Positions 12,564-25,946 of a DNA stretch of 64,000 nt are shown here, piece by piece. Origin of the DNA: Octopus sinensis (lineage: Eukaryota). Position 1 is the stretch's first letter. Every line of letters starts with the position of its first letter. The notes below the pieces were generated by a model, which was given only the letters and a program-made list of their open reading frames with translations, was not told the origin of the DNA and searched no databases. Both the position numbers and the translations under genes were made by a program. Location of the stretch: assembly GCF_006345805.1 (NCBI RefSeq), contig NC_042998.1, forward strand, positions 164,486,001 through 164,550,000, read 5' to 3'.

Positions 12564-12860
12564 GTCATGAATGATCATGGGGTTGCACCTAGAAAGTTCT
12601 GCTCCTAGGCACAAGTCCAGGCAAGGTTGTTTATGGAAGACCAGCAGTCGTCTCTCCACGTTACCGATATTACCCAAGAGAAAGACAAAGGGCGATGCAG
12701 TTTGACGCCAGTGACGTCGCAACACATTTTTTAGCTGATTGAACTGGAGCAGTATGAAATAAAGTGTCTTGCTCAGGAACACAACACTCCGGGTCCGGGA
12801 ATCGAATTCACAACCTCATGATTGCGAGTGCGAGGCTCTAACCACTGAGCCACGCGCCTA
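12564..12860 (-). mobile_element. SINE family C (tail type CATGGGGTTGCACCTAGAAAG)
   Basis: Reverse-complement head AGGCGCGTGGCTCAGTGGTTAGAGC...TTCGATTCCCGG...GTGTTCCTGAGCAAGACACT. Confidence 0.85.
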
Positions 12861-12919
12861 TCTACAACATAGGTAACACACACACACACTCACACACATA
12901 TAAAGTTATTTATATATAT

Positions 12920-13150
12920 ATTTCTTTACTACCCACAAGGGGCTAAACACAGAGGGGACAAACAAGGACAGACAAAGGGATTAAGTCGATTACATCGACC
13001 CCAGTGCGTAACTGGTACTTAATTTATCGACCCCGAAAGGATGAAAGGCAAAGTCGACCTCGGCGGAATTTGAACTCGGAACACAACGACAGACGAAATA
13101 CGGCTACGAATTTCGCCCAGCGTGCTAACGTTTCTACCAGCTCGCCGCCT
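12920..13150 (-). mobile_element. SINE family B monomer (tail-1 type)
   Basis: Reverse complement of the family B head, conserved domain and tail ending AAAGAAATA. Confidence 0.9.
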
Positions 13151-13427
13151 TTTTATATATTTATATATATTTTATTTATATATATATTCATATATGTGTG
13201 TGTGAGTGTGTGTGTGTGTGTGTGCCTGTGTGTCTGCGTCTGTGTATGTAACTAATCGGAAACTTATGAATATTCGATCGGTCAAGAGGACACTTTAGTG
13301 ATGTGTAATGAGCTATCTATAGAGTAGTCGGGAAATTTCAAGTATAACCATATTTAACCTCCTTTTCCCAGAAATATAATTATACTCCAAACTTCATCGT
13401 TCAAAATTATGTATACACATACACACA

Positions 13428-13464
<37 letters not shown>

Positions 13465-13685
13465 GTCACCAAAAACCTCACATGTCACGCATTTCCACGT
13501 CACCACTTGATTCTTGACTACTCTTTATGGCAGTTTTCGTGAAAACTAGCCTGGTACCAGGCTAGACTTGATCAGCTTCTCTGTCAGAATAGTTTGGGAA
13601 TCACAAGAACACTATCTCTCAACATCCGACAAACTTACGTTAAAAAAAAAACAGGAAAACAAAAGCAACAATTTATCTGTCTCCC

Positions 13686-13723
<38 letters not shown>

Positions 13724-13791
13724 AATATGTGTGTCCGCGCGCGTGTGTACAAGCATGTATATATCGACATAAATGTATGTATAAACGTATT

Positions 13792-14190
13792 AGGCGCAGG
13801 TGTGACTGCGTGGCATGAAGCTTGCTTCCAACCTCATGTTCCTGGGTTCAGTCCCACTGCGTGGCCACCTTGAGCAAGTGTCATCTACTATACCCACAAG
13901 CCGACCAAAGTCTTGTAAGTGAATTTGGTAGACGGAAACTGAAAGAAACCCGTCGTATATGTATATGTATATATTCATGTGTGTGTGTATGTCCCTGTCA
14001 TCGCTTGACAACCGATGCTGGTGTGCTTTCGTCTCCGTAACGTAGCGGTTCGGCAAAAGACACCGAAAGAATAAGCACTAGGGTTACAAAGAACAAGTTC
14101 TGGGGTCGATTTCTTCGACTATAACTCTTTAAGGCGGTGTTCCAGCATGGCCACAGTGAAATGACTGAAACAAGTAAAAGAATAAAGGAA
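13792..14190 (+). mobile_element. SINE family A, full length
   Basis: AGGCGCAGGTGTGACTG...GGGTTCAGTCCCACTGCG...CCAGCATGGCCACAGTGAAATGACTGAAACAAGTAAAAG. Confidence 0.9.
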
Positions 14191-14208
14191 TAGAAATGTA
14201 TGTTATAA

Positions 14209-14265
<57 letters not shown>

Positions 14266-14425
14266 CATTTACAAATGTGTACATCAGTATATATATTGAT
14301 AAACGGAGAGAGAAGGAGAATTAAAGGATGTAACTGCGATAAAATAACGCAGATTGACCCACTACCGTTAACCAAGCGTAAAGCTGTACAATGCATCTAC
14401 AGAAACAAGCACATAAACTCGCTCC

Positions 14426-14461
<36 letters not shown>

Positions 14462-14850
14462 ACACACAGATACAACGTGTGTAAATGCGTTCATTCAGAG
14501 CCAGTCAATCTTCATTAAAGAGTATTTATGTTGAAACCGTCCAAAACGTCCAGAGGTCGAAATTGAGTTGTAGTTCTTTTCATTTTCTTTTCCCTTTTCT
14601 TTATTTTTTTTTAGGATTTAGCAATAATTAAGATTAGGAGGGGGTGCACTGTCGGTCAGTGAGTTCTATAGCGATTTTACAATAAAGATTAGGGGATATG
14701 GAGAGTGTAGGAGGATAGAGGATTCAGAGGAAGTAAGAATGCGGATACCAAAATGAAATGTAGAAAGAGGATAAGATAAATGCCAAAGCTGAAATATAGA
14801 ACATTTTTCTAGCTATCTATCTACTTATACGTATGTCCGTATATACATAC

Positions 14851-14933
<83 letters not shown>

Positions 14934-15244
14934 TTTATATAAAATACTATTTACACTTGTTTACTCTTTTACTTGTTTCAGTCACTCGACTGCGGCCATG
15001 CTGGTCCACCGCCATTAGTAGAATAAATCGATCCCAGGACTTATATTTTGTAAGCTTAGTACTTATTCTATCGTTCTCTTTTGCCGAATCGCTAAATTAC
15101 GGAAACGTAAACACACCAACATCGGTTGACAAGCGATGGTGGGGGGATAAACACAGACACACACACAAGCACACACACACACATATTCCAAATTCGCAGT
15201 AGAAATAAGGAAAGAAAAAGGAAATATGAGATATAGAACATTGC

Positions 15245-15264
15245 TATCTATCTATCTATCTATG

Positions 15265-15357
<93 letters not shown>

Positions 15358-15504
15358 GTCTGTCTGTCTGTCTATCTGCGTATTCATCTATTTTTCTGTC
15401 TGCCTGTTTATCAATATATTTGTATGTATGTATGTATTTGTATGTATGTATGTATGTATGTATGTATGTATTTGTATGTATGTATATATGTATGTATGTA
15501 TTTG

Positions 15505-15538
<34 letters not shown>

Positions 15539-15570
15539 TGTATGTATGTATGGTATGTATGTATGCAGCA
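15245..15570. repeat. compound (TATC)n-(TGTC)n-(TATG)n microsatellite
   Basis: Read directly. Confidence 0.95.
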
Positions 15571-15608
15571 TGCATGCATGTTTGTGTGAGTGTATATATT
15601 TATATATT

Positions 15609-15639
<31 letters not shown>

Positions 15640-16254
15640 TATATAATATATATATATATATAATATATATATATATATCCACATATATATATACACACAT
15701 ATATGCATGTATATGTGTGTGTATGTCTGCGTGGGTTGTACGCATGATGTGTGTATGAAGAAGAGAAAGGAAAGGAAATGAGAAGTACGAATACACTTTT
15801 AAGTCAATTGTGACTGGGTGTATTTGAGTTCGAATAATCGTTTTGTCATTTATAATATCATAGCAAGATTAGTGGAGACATTCATCCATGCCTTCATATG
15901 TACATTATCACCATTCCTGCATCCCTAAATGTATGTGACTAACTATACGCGTGTGTATGTGTGTTCGTGAGAGAGAGAGTGAGAGAGAGAGTGTGTGTTT
16001 GCGTGTTTTCTTTTGTGTGTTTGCTTTCGTGTGTGTGTGTATCTGTGTGGTTTTTGTGTGTGTGTGTGTGGTGTGTGTGTGTGTGTCTGCGTGTATATAC
16101 AGTAGTACTTCGGTTTTCGAACAACTCTGATCACAAATAAATCGTGCTATATATATATATATATATATAGATAGATAGATAGATAGATAACATACATACA
16201 TACATACATACATACATACATACATACATACATACATACATACATACATACATA

Positions 16255-16530
16255 GAAAGATATAATGGAACAAGAACGCAAAACATCCGGACATTTAGGG
16301 GATACAAAAATGGGACAACTAAACATCCAGATAGACGATACAAAGAAAACAAGGACGGGTCATTCGGAGTTTTCTTTCTTCAGTCGAGTACCAGATTATC
16401 TTCGCAATTTCGGCTGATCATACTCGAGATTGCTCCAATCTGGCCAGCCCCAAAGAGAAACTAAGCTAAGAGCATTGGATTCCTTGGAAGAAAGCAGCGA
16501 ATGTATACAGAAACAAGACGGAAAAAACGG
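16255..16530. repeat. dispersed repeat; reverse-complement copy at about 61290-61650
   Basis: GATTGCTCCAATCTGGCCAGCCCC...AAACTAAGCTAAGAGCATT here versus AATGCACTTAGCTTAGTTTT...GGGCTGGCCAGACTGGAGCAAT at 61.4 kb. Probably retroelement-terminus derived (inference). Confidence 0.8.
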
Positions 16531-16992
16531 AAATGGTGTATATTATAATAAATATATATATCTATATATATATATATATAAGTATATATAGATATATATA
16601 TATAATATATAAATTAGAGATAAAACTACTATTATGCAACTCAAACAGTCATAGACATAAACCAAAAGAATGATTATATATAATAGTATTATACACTTAT
16701 TATATATTGATCATTCATTTTTATACTTTTTGAGATCTATTATATGTTTTATAATAAACATATATTATTTGTTATTTATGTTTTGTTTATGTCTATCGCT
16801 GTTTGAGTTGCATATAGTGGTTTTTATCCTCTAATTTTATTTTATATTCTATAATGTGAAATTTGATTTAATATTAAATTGAATTATCCCTGTAGTTGGG
16901 GTTATACTCCTACTATTATTATTATTATTATTATTATTATTATGATATTATTATTATTATTATTATTATTATCATCATCATTATTATATATA

Positions 16993-18540
16993 TATATACA
17001 CCGGAGTAAACACATAAATGTGAAACAAGGTGGAAAAAAAGAGTACTCAAATACCAGAGGTAGAGTAATATGCTTTATTTAAAAGCAGCAGAAATATAAC
17101 AAAAGCTGTTACTTAGAGTTTCACGTTCCCGTTCGTCGAACAGTTTTGTTAAAATAGAACAGAAATAACGATATGATCAAAACTAATTAAAGGATACACC
17201 TTTAAAAATGGATTTCTTTCAGTGATCCTTTCAATTAACGTTCTTACACATGCAATGAACAAAATAAACAAAATAATAAATTCGTCCTATTATAAAACTC
17301 GAAAGAAACCTTAAATCGAAGAGTCGCTTCAAAATACATATTGTAAATAATTATATACGAAATATAATTCAATTAATACATTAAAATTAAACTTAAAATT
17401 TTCACGCTACATTACATAAATATTTGACGCTATACAAGTAACGAATAGGGAGTGAAAGGATATTTCCGTAAGGAAAGAAGAAAGAAAGAAAGAAAGAAGA
17501 GAAGAGAAGAGAAGAGAAGAAAGAAAGAAAGATAGGTGGCGGAATATGTGTAACAAACGTAAATTAGATAAGCTTAGGTTGGATATAATTGCTTTCTTCC
17601 AAAGAATGGACTTACGGATTACGATAGTTACTAACCTTAAAAGTGTAGATTTCTTAGATGTAAATTTGGATTTACAGTTGGATACATTTAAACCTCGCCG
17701 TAAGCCTAATGATGAGCTATCTTGTATTAGCAAACAATCCAATCATCCGCCAGTTATTCTTAGGAACTTAGTAATGTAGGTAGACGAATATCGTCAATTT
17801 CTTCAGATGAGGCAGCATTCCAAAATACCGCACCTTATTACAAATAGCGCATTAAGGAATAGTGGATTCTCTGAGAAGATCCAGTATAACCACCTTAATG
17901 CTAGCAGTAATGCTACACGTAGAACTAGGACTAGGAGGGTTTTGTGGTTTAACCCAGCTTTCAATATGGCCGTAAAAACAAATATAGGTAGGGAATTCTT
18001 AAAATTAGTCTCTAGACATTTTCAACCTGACCATAAGTTTTATAGAATATTTAATAGAAGAACTCTTAAGATCAGCTATTCTTGCTGCAGAAACTTCGCC
18101 TCCAATAAGATAATTGCAAATAATCATAGTGCCGATTCTTTTCCTAAAAATTGCAATTGCACAGATGGGACCTCCTGTCCGTTGCAAGGAAAATGTCTAG
18201 AGAAAAGAATCCTGTGTAGAGCCAAAGTGCAGATAAAAGCTCACACGAATATATTCACATAAAATGTTTATGTAATGCAGCGTGAAAATTTTAATTTTAA
18301 TTTTAATGTATTAATTGAATTATATTTCGTATATTTACAATATTTATGATTTATTTCGCATCGCAAAATTTATTTTGTTCATTGCATGCTTAAGACCGTT
18401 AACTGAAAGGACCAATGAAACAAATCCATTTTTAAGGTGTAATCCTTTAACTGTTTTGATCGTATCGTGTTATTTCGTTTTCCATTTTAACAAACTGTCC
18501 GACGAACAGATTTGTTAAATTTCTGCTGCTTTTAAATAAA
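16993..18540 (+). mobile_element. 5'-truncated Penelope-like element (RT C-terminus and linker up to the GIY-YIG N-terminus) with an inverted pLTR upstream
   Basis: Frameshifted peptides KPRRKPND...SNHPPVIL, RRVLWFNPAFNMAVKTNIGREFLKLV...IFNRRTLKISYSC and CNCTDGTSCPLQGKCL are typical of PLE proteins. 17076-17147 is the reverse complement of 18465-18541. Confidence 0.85.
17101..17147 (-). ncRNA. variant-core minimal type I hammerhead-like motif in the PLE pLTR
   Basis: AAAACTGT-TCGACGA-ACG GGAA CGT-GAAA-CTCTAAG-TA-ACAGCTTTT. Stems I and II are present, but core positions 3-4 deviate from CU. Confidence 0.5.
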
Positions 18541-18947
18541 GTATATATATATATATATATATATATAGTTGAATTTTACAAAAGACGAAGACAGGTGTAT
18601 TAGTTTGACACTCAGGAAGGTGAGAAAGTCATTAACGTTTCGAGCCTACGGTCTTCAACAGAAAGGAAGACGAGGAAATAAACAGAAAGAGAATAAAAAA
18701 AAAATTTGGAGATGGTGTTCAATCATGACGCGATTTATTTGTGATCAGATTTGTTCGAAAACTGAGGACTACTTCTTTCAATTTCCGCCTACCAAATCCA
18801 CTAACAAGTCTTTGCACGGTCCGAGGCTCTACTAGAAGACACTTGCCCAAGGTTCCACGCAGTGGGACTGAACCCGGAACCAAGCGGTTGGGAAGCAAGC
18901 TTTCTTGCCCCACAGCCACACCTATATATACATACAAAACATATTAT

Positions 18948-18990
<43 letters not shown>

Positions 18991-19793
18991 ATATATTATA
19001 TATATATATATATAACATATATATATCAATTCAAAGGCAGAGGTAGGGTGAGGGGAGAGAAGGAACCAGACGCAAACATGCAGCCATACATATACATACG
19101 CAATAATACTCAATACACCCTTTTTCGCACGTACATTCGACATGGTTACTATGGGCCGTAAATTATGTGAGAACGTTCCTTGCCGCTTGCATTATTTCCA
19201 TAAATTAGTACACACGATGCAATGTTAGTGCACTATGCAACATAATATGCACATCTGCCTTTACTTTATGTGCATATAACTGCTTGACGTCTGTTGCTAT
19301 GCTGAGCTTTTTTTCATATAAATAACTTAATTTGTTCGTTTTAGTATCCAGCCAACCTGCCAGCCAGCCTGCTGCCAACCAGCCAGTCATCCATGCATCC
19401 ATCCAACTATTAAGCCATTTATGAATCCATCCATCCATACATGCATCTATCTACCTGTAAGTCAGTCTGTCTGTCTGTCAGTCATTTTGACCCTTTACCT
19501 TTCTTCTTTCATATGAGAAGCCTGTATTTCTTGTACCTTAATCCCAAGTTTGAAACGATTTATGTCGTCTGTTCCCTCGCACACTTCAAACACACATACA
19601 CAAGACACGCATATACAAACACGCACACATGTGTGTATATATGAGTGTATACGTTTTGACATACCTGCATATATACATATACCTACATTACACATACATT
19701 TATATATACATTATATACATATATGTGCATATCTCTCTCTCTTTCTGTCCCTCCTCTCTCTCTCTCTATATATATATATATATTATATATATA

Positions 19794-19862
<69 letters not shown>

Positions 19863-20035
19863 TATATATATATATTTCTGTTACATACATATATATATAT
19901 ATATATATAATATTAATATGCATACATACATATATAATATATATATATATATATATGACTAAATAACTATGTATTTTTGAAAGTATCGCACAAACGTTAG
20001 CGCAGCAATTATCATGGCCCACACAAAAATTAAGC

Positions 20036-20600
20036 ATGTACACCAACACACAAGACCACCACAAGTATGGAACCAGGATGGCCACCACTACCGCCGAGTC
20101 GTCTGTCACACCAATTCTACTGATGAATATCAGAGGCCTCTTGCAAAACAACAGCAAGTGCAAAATTGCTTACCTGGAAGAACTGTCTGCATACAATCAA
20201 GCTGTATGCATTGCACTGACAGAGACTGATCTGTCTGCAGACATATATGACGCAGAGATACATGTACCAATGTATACTGTGTTCCGTAAAGACAGAAAAG
20301 AGAGAAGTCACGCCGGCGTTCCGGTGTACATCGGTGAAGATGTCACAGCAGCGACACTGCTGTCGCATTTGAATGTGATCTGCGACACACTCATAGTACA
20401 TCTAAAGCAACTTGACGTGGTGATATGCACATTTTACCGCCCACCTGATGCCTAAAACTACGATTACAAAGATAAAAGAAGTACTCACAAACCTAGACCA
20501 ATGCCTTAATGTACTTCTGATGGGTGACTTCAACTTCACCAACATTAGATGGCCCGAAGGTGTCATAACCTCAGGACAGACACGAAAAAAAATGCAGGAC
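20036..20600 (+). mobile_element. APE endonuclease domain (ORF2 N-terminus) of a non-LTR retrotransposon, disrupted
   Basis: Motifs LMNIRGL, IALTET, YTVFRKDRKERSHAGV.VY and ICTFYRPP, then after a stop/frameshift VLLMGDFNFTNIRW. These are canonical APE motifs. Confidence 0.9.
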
Positions 20601-20734
20601 TGACACGAAAAGAAAGAAAGATAGACGATGGTCACGTGGGAGCCATCTCTCTTATTCTTTTACCTCCTCTTCTCCCACCATTCTATCTTATAACTCTGTC
20701 ACTCTCTTTCACTTGCTCACGTGGCTCCCACGTG

Positions 20735-21125
20735 GGCATCGTTCATCTTTCTTTGTCTCCGTTGTAGCTCGAACAGGAAAGACGTGGTCTTGTTTGTCAC
20801 CTATCCTAGCTTGATTTACGCGTTCGCCACCACAAGCTCATTTAGGATTAGCAGCCCTTCCTGTTTGCGTTACCTATTTTGACCCTCCTCAAAATCCCAA
20901 ATTTTATTTAATTTGCTTTGCGGGAGCAACTGTTTTATCAAAAGCGTATATTATTGTTAAATGCTCGAAATACGAGACTAGAGAAAGAGCCAATAACTGA
21001 TGAAGGGTCGTTCTTTATGTTTGTTTTGTTTTCCATTTGTGTCTTTCGTTGTTCGAAAGAATAGTTCATGTTCCATGTACTCGTGCTTCGTACTTTTTTG
21101 TTGTACACATCCTGTGCTCACATAT
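20735..21125. repeat. dispersed repeat related to the reverse complement of about 47500-47800
   Basis: Shared segments GGGAGCAACTG, ATGCTCGAAAT and (C)TGATG(A/G)AGGGTC. Confidence 0.6.
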
Positions 21126-21193
21126 GCATATGTACATATATATATCTTATCTATATTATTACATCAATGAACGCCAGGCATTCTCTTCCAAGG

Positions 21194-21276
<83 letters not shown>

Positions 21277-21314
21277 TATATACAAAATAAACATACATAC
21301 GTACCATGTATGTT

Positions 21315-21397
<83 letters not shown>

Positions 21398-21490
21398 CTA
21401 TATATATATATATATTATACATACATATATATGTATATGTACTATATATATATCATATATATATAATATATAATATATATATATATATTT

Positions 21491-21917
21491 AATTGTCACT
21501 AAATGTGACTAGGATGTTAAAAAGCACATACATTGCTAGAAATAAGAGCTAAAAGCTGTAATACTGCAGTACGCACATGAATGAAAGCACATACACTAAC
21601 AGGGTCCGAGGATTCTTAAGACGCATCAATTTCGGCAATTTCCGTTGCCATCATCAAATGACGAAAACATGTATGCTAATAAAGAAACAGATCCGGAACA
21701 GCCGAACAACGAGCTGGCTTAACTGATGATGGCAACGGAAATTGTTGAAACTCACGCGTCAGTCTTAAGAATTCTCGATCGGTATTTTCAGACAATTACG
21801 GACCCTGTTAGTGTATGATTTCTTTGTGTGCATTTAACTACAGCACCAGAGCACTTTTGCTCTTATTTCTAGCAATGTAGGTGTTTCTTAACACCCTCGT
21901 CAAATTTAGTAACAGTT
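21491..21917. mobile_element. about 427-bp imperfect inverted repeat (PLE inverted-pLTR-like) containing a hammerhead motif
   Basis: Arms share CATTGCTAGAAATAAGAGC, TACACTAACAGGGTCCG and AATTTCCGTTGCCATCATCA with their reverse complements. Confidence 0.8.
21718..21769 (+). ncRNA. type I hammerhead ribozyme motif
   Basis: CTTAA-CTGATGA-T-GGCAA CGGAAA TTGTT-GAAA-CTCACGCGTCAG-TC-TTAAG. GUC cleavage triplet, 5-bp stem I, near-palindromic stem III. Confidence 0.7.
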
Positions 21918-22018
21918 ATAATTCTCCTTTTATGTAAAACATTGCAACCTGCTTTTTACATGAATGTTATATCTATCTATCTATCTATCTATCTATACAC
22001 ACATACACACACACACAA

Positions 22019-22089
<71 letters not shown>

Positions 22090-22338
22090 TATAAGATCGT
22101 TATTTAAATACCAATCTTATCAGGTGGCCAGTATGGGAATAAAAACCTTCAAAGTTAATAATTATTATGAAAATTTTAATTTAGAGATACCACCACGCTG
22201 GAAACAGCAACCAAAACTTGACTCTAAAATCACATTAAATGTTTATACAGCACCAGGAGAAAAGACAAGAGACAAAATAAACTAGCAAAAAGATACTGGG
22301 TAATTCCAGACCCTGGATTTCTGACACTGCATAAGAAA

Positions 22339-22391
<53 letters not shown>

Positions 22392-22860
22392 TATTGTGTC
22401 TGGGAGAATCATTCTGTTTTAATGCCTTTTTAATTAACACACGGACTGGTTCAATTTCCACTCATTTTTTTTCTAAACTTTTCGTTGCTTCTTGCAAGCT
22501 CTTCAATAGTCGGTGAAGGAGCTGTGTTCTCTTGAAGCGTATCTGCTTATTCCAGTATTCCTAATCCGTATGTATATGCTACATTTGTGAAATAGGCATA
22601 AAAGGTTAAAGTTCTGGGAAATATTTTTTGTAGAGTAACTATATATCAAACAGAAGTTTTGGAAAAACCTTTCGGTATTAGTTCTTCACTGTTAAATATA
22701 TTTCATTTGCTAATAGGACTTACAAAGTTGTACATGCAGGAGAAACATGTATGATATCTCCTATATGAAATTCTTCAGACAGAGAATCAAGCAATACAAA
22801 ATTTACATTTGGTCAAAACGTTTATGTATAGTTAGTTATGAGGAATATGCTGAGACGCCC

Positions 22861-23140
22861 TTTGGTCATGACTGACCATGGGATTGCATCTAGAAAGTTA
22901 CCCGGAAGACCAGCATAACCGCCTCCCCTCTCCACGGCACCAGTGTTATCCAAGAGAAAGGCAAGGGCCGATACAGCTTGGCACATGTGATGCCGCAACT
23001 CATTTCTACAGCTGAGTGAACTGGAGCAACGTGGAACAAAGTGTCTTGCTCAGGAACAAAACACGCAGCCCGATCCGGGATTCGAACTCACAACCTCACG
23101 ATCGTAAGCTCAATGCTCTAACCAGTGAGCCATGCGCCTT
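22861..23140 (-). mobile_element. SINE family C (same tail type as 12564-12860)
   Basis: Reverse-complement head AGGCGCATGGCTCACTGGTTAGAGC...GTTCGAATCCCGG; tail CATGGGATTGCATCTAGAAAG. Confidence 0.85.
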
Positions 23141-23579
23141 CTAGGAATATAGAAAATAGAGAAAGTTAGAGTTTGATGTAATAAGTGTACTCACATACAT
23201 TAATACACATACATGTATTCTCATATATACACATATACAGGTACACATAAATATATATATACACGCATACATATAAACACATATATATGTCTGTGTGTGT
23301 GTGTAAACATACATAACAATAGATACACACATATACATACAGATAAATATATACACACAGATACACACACTTTCACATGCATACACATAGACATATATAC
23401 GTATGCTTATACGAATGTATATATACACATATTTACATATAGGTTGCCATGTATACAAAAACACGCATATTCAAATTTATATGAATAGAAACAGGTTTAT
23501 GAATGTAAATATACATGGAGTTAAATATAGGTTCATATGTGTGAGCATACATGCACATACAGACACAAATATACACACC

Positions 23580-23614
<35 letters not shown>

Positions 23615-23650
23615 ATACACACATATATATACACGAGCACACACACACAC

Positions 23651-23694
<44 letters not shown>

Positions 23695-24075
23695 TTATAT
23701 TATATATATATAATATATAATATATATATATACTATATATATATATATACACGCTTACATTCATACACACATAATTCATATGATGCATTTACATATAAAT
23801 GTACTTGCATTACAAATACGAAATAATTTGTCTACACTATAATATATACAAATCTACTTCGACTTACACCTACATATTCACATTACAGACATATGTATGC
23901 ACATATATCTTTGTATAAGCACACTGCGTTCATATACATACATACTCACATACACACATATACATTCTATATCATAACTTATATAATAACAAACGCATAG
24001 ATATATATTTACATTTGTGAATGTACATTGATATATACTTTCAGAAGTATAAAATGCAAACACACTAGATACATC

Positions 24076-24160
<85 letters not shown>

Positions 24161-24271
24161 TATATATGCACATGCACACATCATAATCATTCAATACAAA
24201 CCTTAGATAAATCCGGTACAGATATACGTATATTTTAACTTTGATGCGCTCACACACACACAAACACACAC

Positions 24272-24346
<75 letters not shown>

Positions 24347-24782
24347 AAGACAAAGACACAGATGTACACAGGAAAAAATAAATTAATAAATCAAGTTTTG
24401 TTAGGAGATACAAATTGATACAATGGATTTTTAAATGAAGAATGCTGAATGACACATTTTAAAACGAATTTGTCTCATATACAGTTCATACAAGAAACAA
24501 AAGCAATATATTAAGCGTCTATATAAACATACGTTCATTCACACAAATGCACGCATATGTAAGATGCTGACATAGGCAAATATGCAAGGACACACACATA
24601 CACACACACACATACACACACACACATACACACACACACATACATGCACACACACACACATATATGTATATATGCAATAATGTATTCGTATATTCGCTAT
24701 AGGATTTGAAGTATTAACGGAAATTGTTTAAAAAGTCATTGCAGTAGTATTTATTTTAAAATATCAAATCTAGTATGTAAAT

Positions 24783-24796
24783 GATAATAATAATAG

Positions 24797-24858
<62 letters not shown>

Positions 24859-24897
24859 TTAATAATAATAATAACAATAATAATAATAATAATAATA

Positions 24898-24951
<54 letters not shown>

Positions 24952-24970
24952 CAATAATAATAATAATAAA
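24783..24970. repeat. (TAA)n microsatellite
   Basis: Read directly. Confidence 0.95.
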
Positions 24971-25089
24971 TAGATTCTCAAAGATAATTGCAGAAAATAG
25001 TAGTAGTGAGATATGGTTATGTTTGCAGAAAGGAAGACTGAAAAAGGAGACAGAAAGTTAGTTAATAGCAGCCTAAGATCAAGCATTAA

Positions 25090-25861
25090 GGGCTAATTGG
25101 ATAAAAGTCAGGATAGAAAAAAACACCAATTGCAAATCACCAGACAGTCACCATAATATTTTGCTGATGCAACTTTGGCTTTGAGAAATGTTTGGGGGAC
25201 TCCTGACGATCAAGCCATTGACCTGATGGTTTACGGTTATCATAAAGGATCTAGTTTTCGTCACAAGTGACTATTCGATCAAGAAACGGATCATTGGTGT
25301 TTCGCAGAAAGAGCATTGAACACACTTCAAAACGCCGAACTTTTTAATTTTCATCTTACCAATTTTCTACAGATTGCGTGAGACCGTTGCAATACCGACA
25401 CCAAGTGCCTGAGACATTTCTTTGACACTTTGACGTGGGTTTTGTTCAACAATTGCTTTCAATTGTTCATTGCCAAGACTGCATAACCGTCCTCTACCTT
25501 CTTCATCTTCAAGGCTCTTATCCCCACTACGAAATTTCTGAAATCACCTTCGTACTTTGCGATCAGTTGTGGACCCCTTTCCCCATGCTCTGTTGATATT
25601 GGAAGCAGTTTGGGAAGCCTTGTGCCCAAGCTTGCAAGAATGCAAGAAATGTAAGCGAAGGTTCTCTTTTGTCATGTTCATAAGTAAGGGCGCCTATGCT
25701 TCAAGAATATTTTCTGTCTGAAATAAGTAGAAAATTATTAAAAAGCATGCATCAATTATTAACTATGTCGAAATTCACCTAAGATATAATGAAAATACTA
25801 TGATAAAATTGCGTTTCAAAATACAACGCTTACGGCGGCCATTATTTTCGTAACAACCTAA
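25090..25861 (-). mobile_element. 5' half of a mariner transposon (Hsmar1/cecropia-like), pseudogenised
   Basis: Left TIR TA-TTAGGTTGTTACGAAAATAATGGCCGC. ATG at 25675. Peptide KLGHKASQTASNINRAWG...FRSGDKSLEDEEGRGR...NDPFLDRIVTCDEN*ILYDN...PKHFSKPKLHQQNIMVTVW. Confidence 0.92.
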
Positions 25862-25903
25862 TATTTGTCTTATCGCGGACTAAAAGATCGAAAATTATTA
25901 TTA

Positions 25904-25946
<43 letters not shown>

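Noticed and set aside
16365-16395. CTGAAGA-AAGAAAACTC-CGAAT in the 16.3/61.5-kb repeat
   Set aside because: GAAU instead of GAAA in both copies and no cleavage triplet.
18600-18665. TTGAAGA-CCGTAGGCTC-GAAACGTTA on the minus strand
   Set aside because: Altered core and no stem I; at best a decayed PLE terminus.
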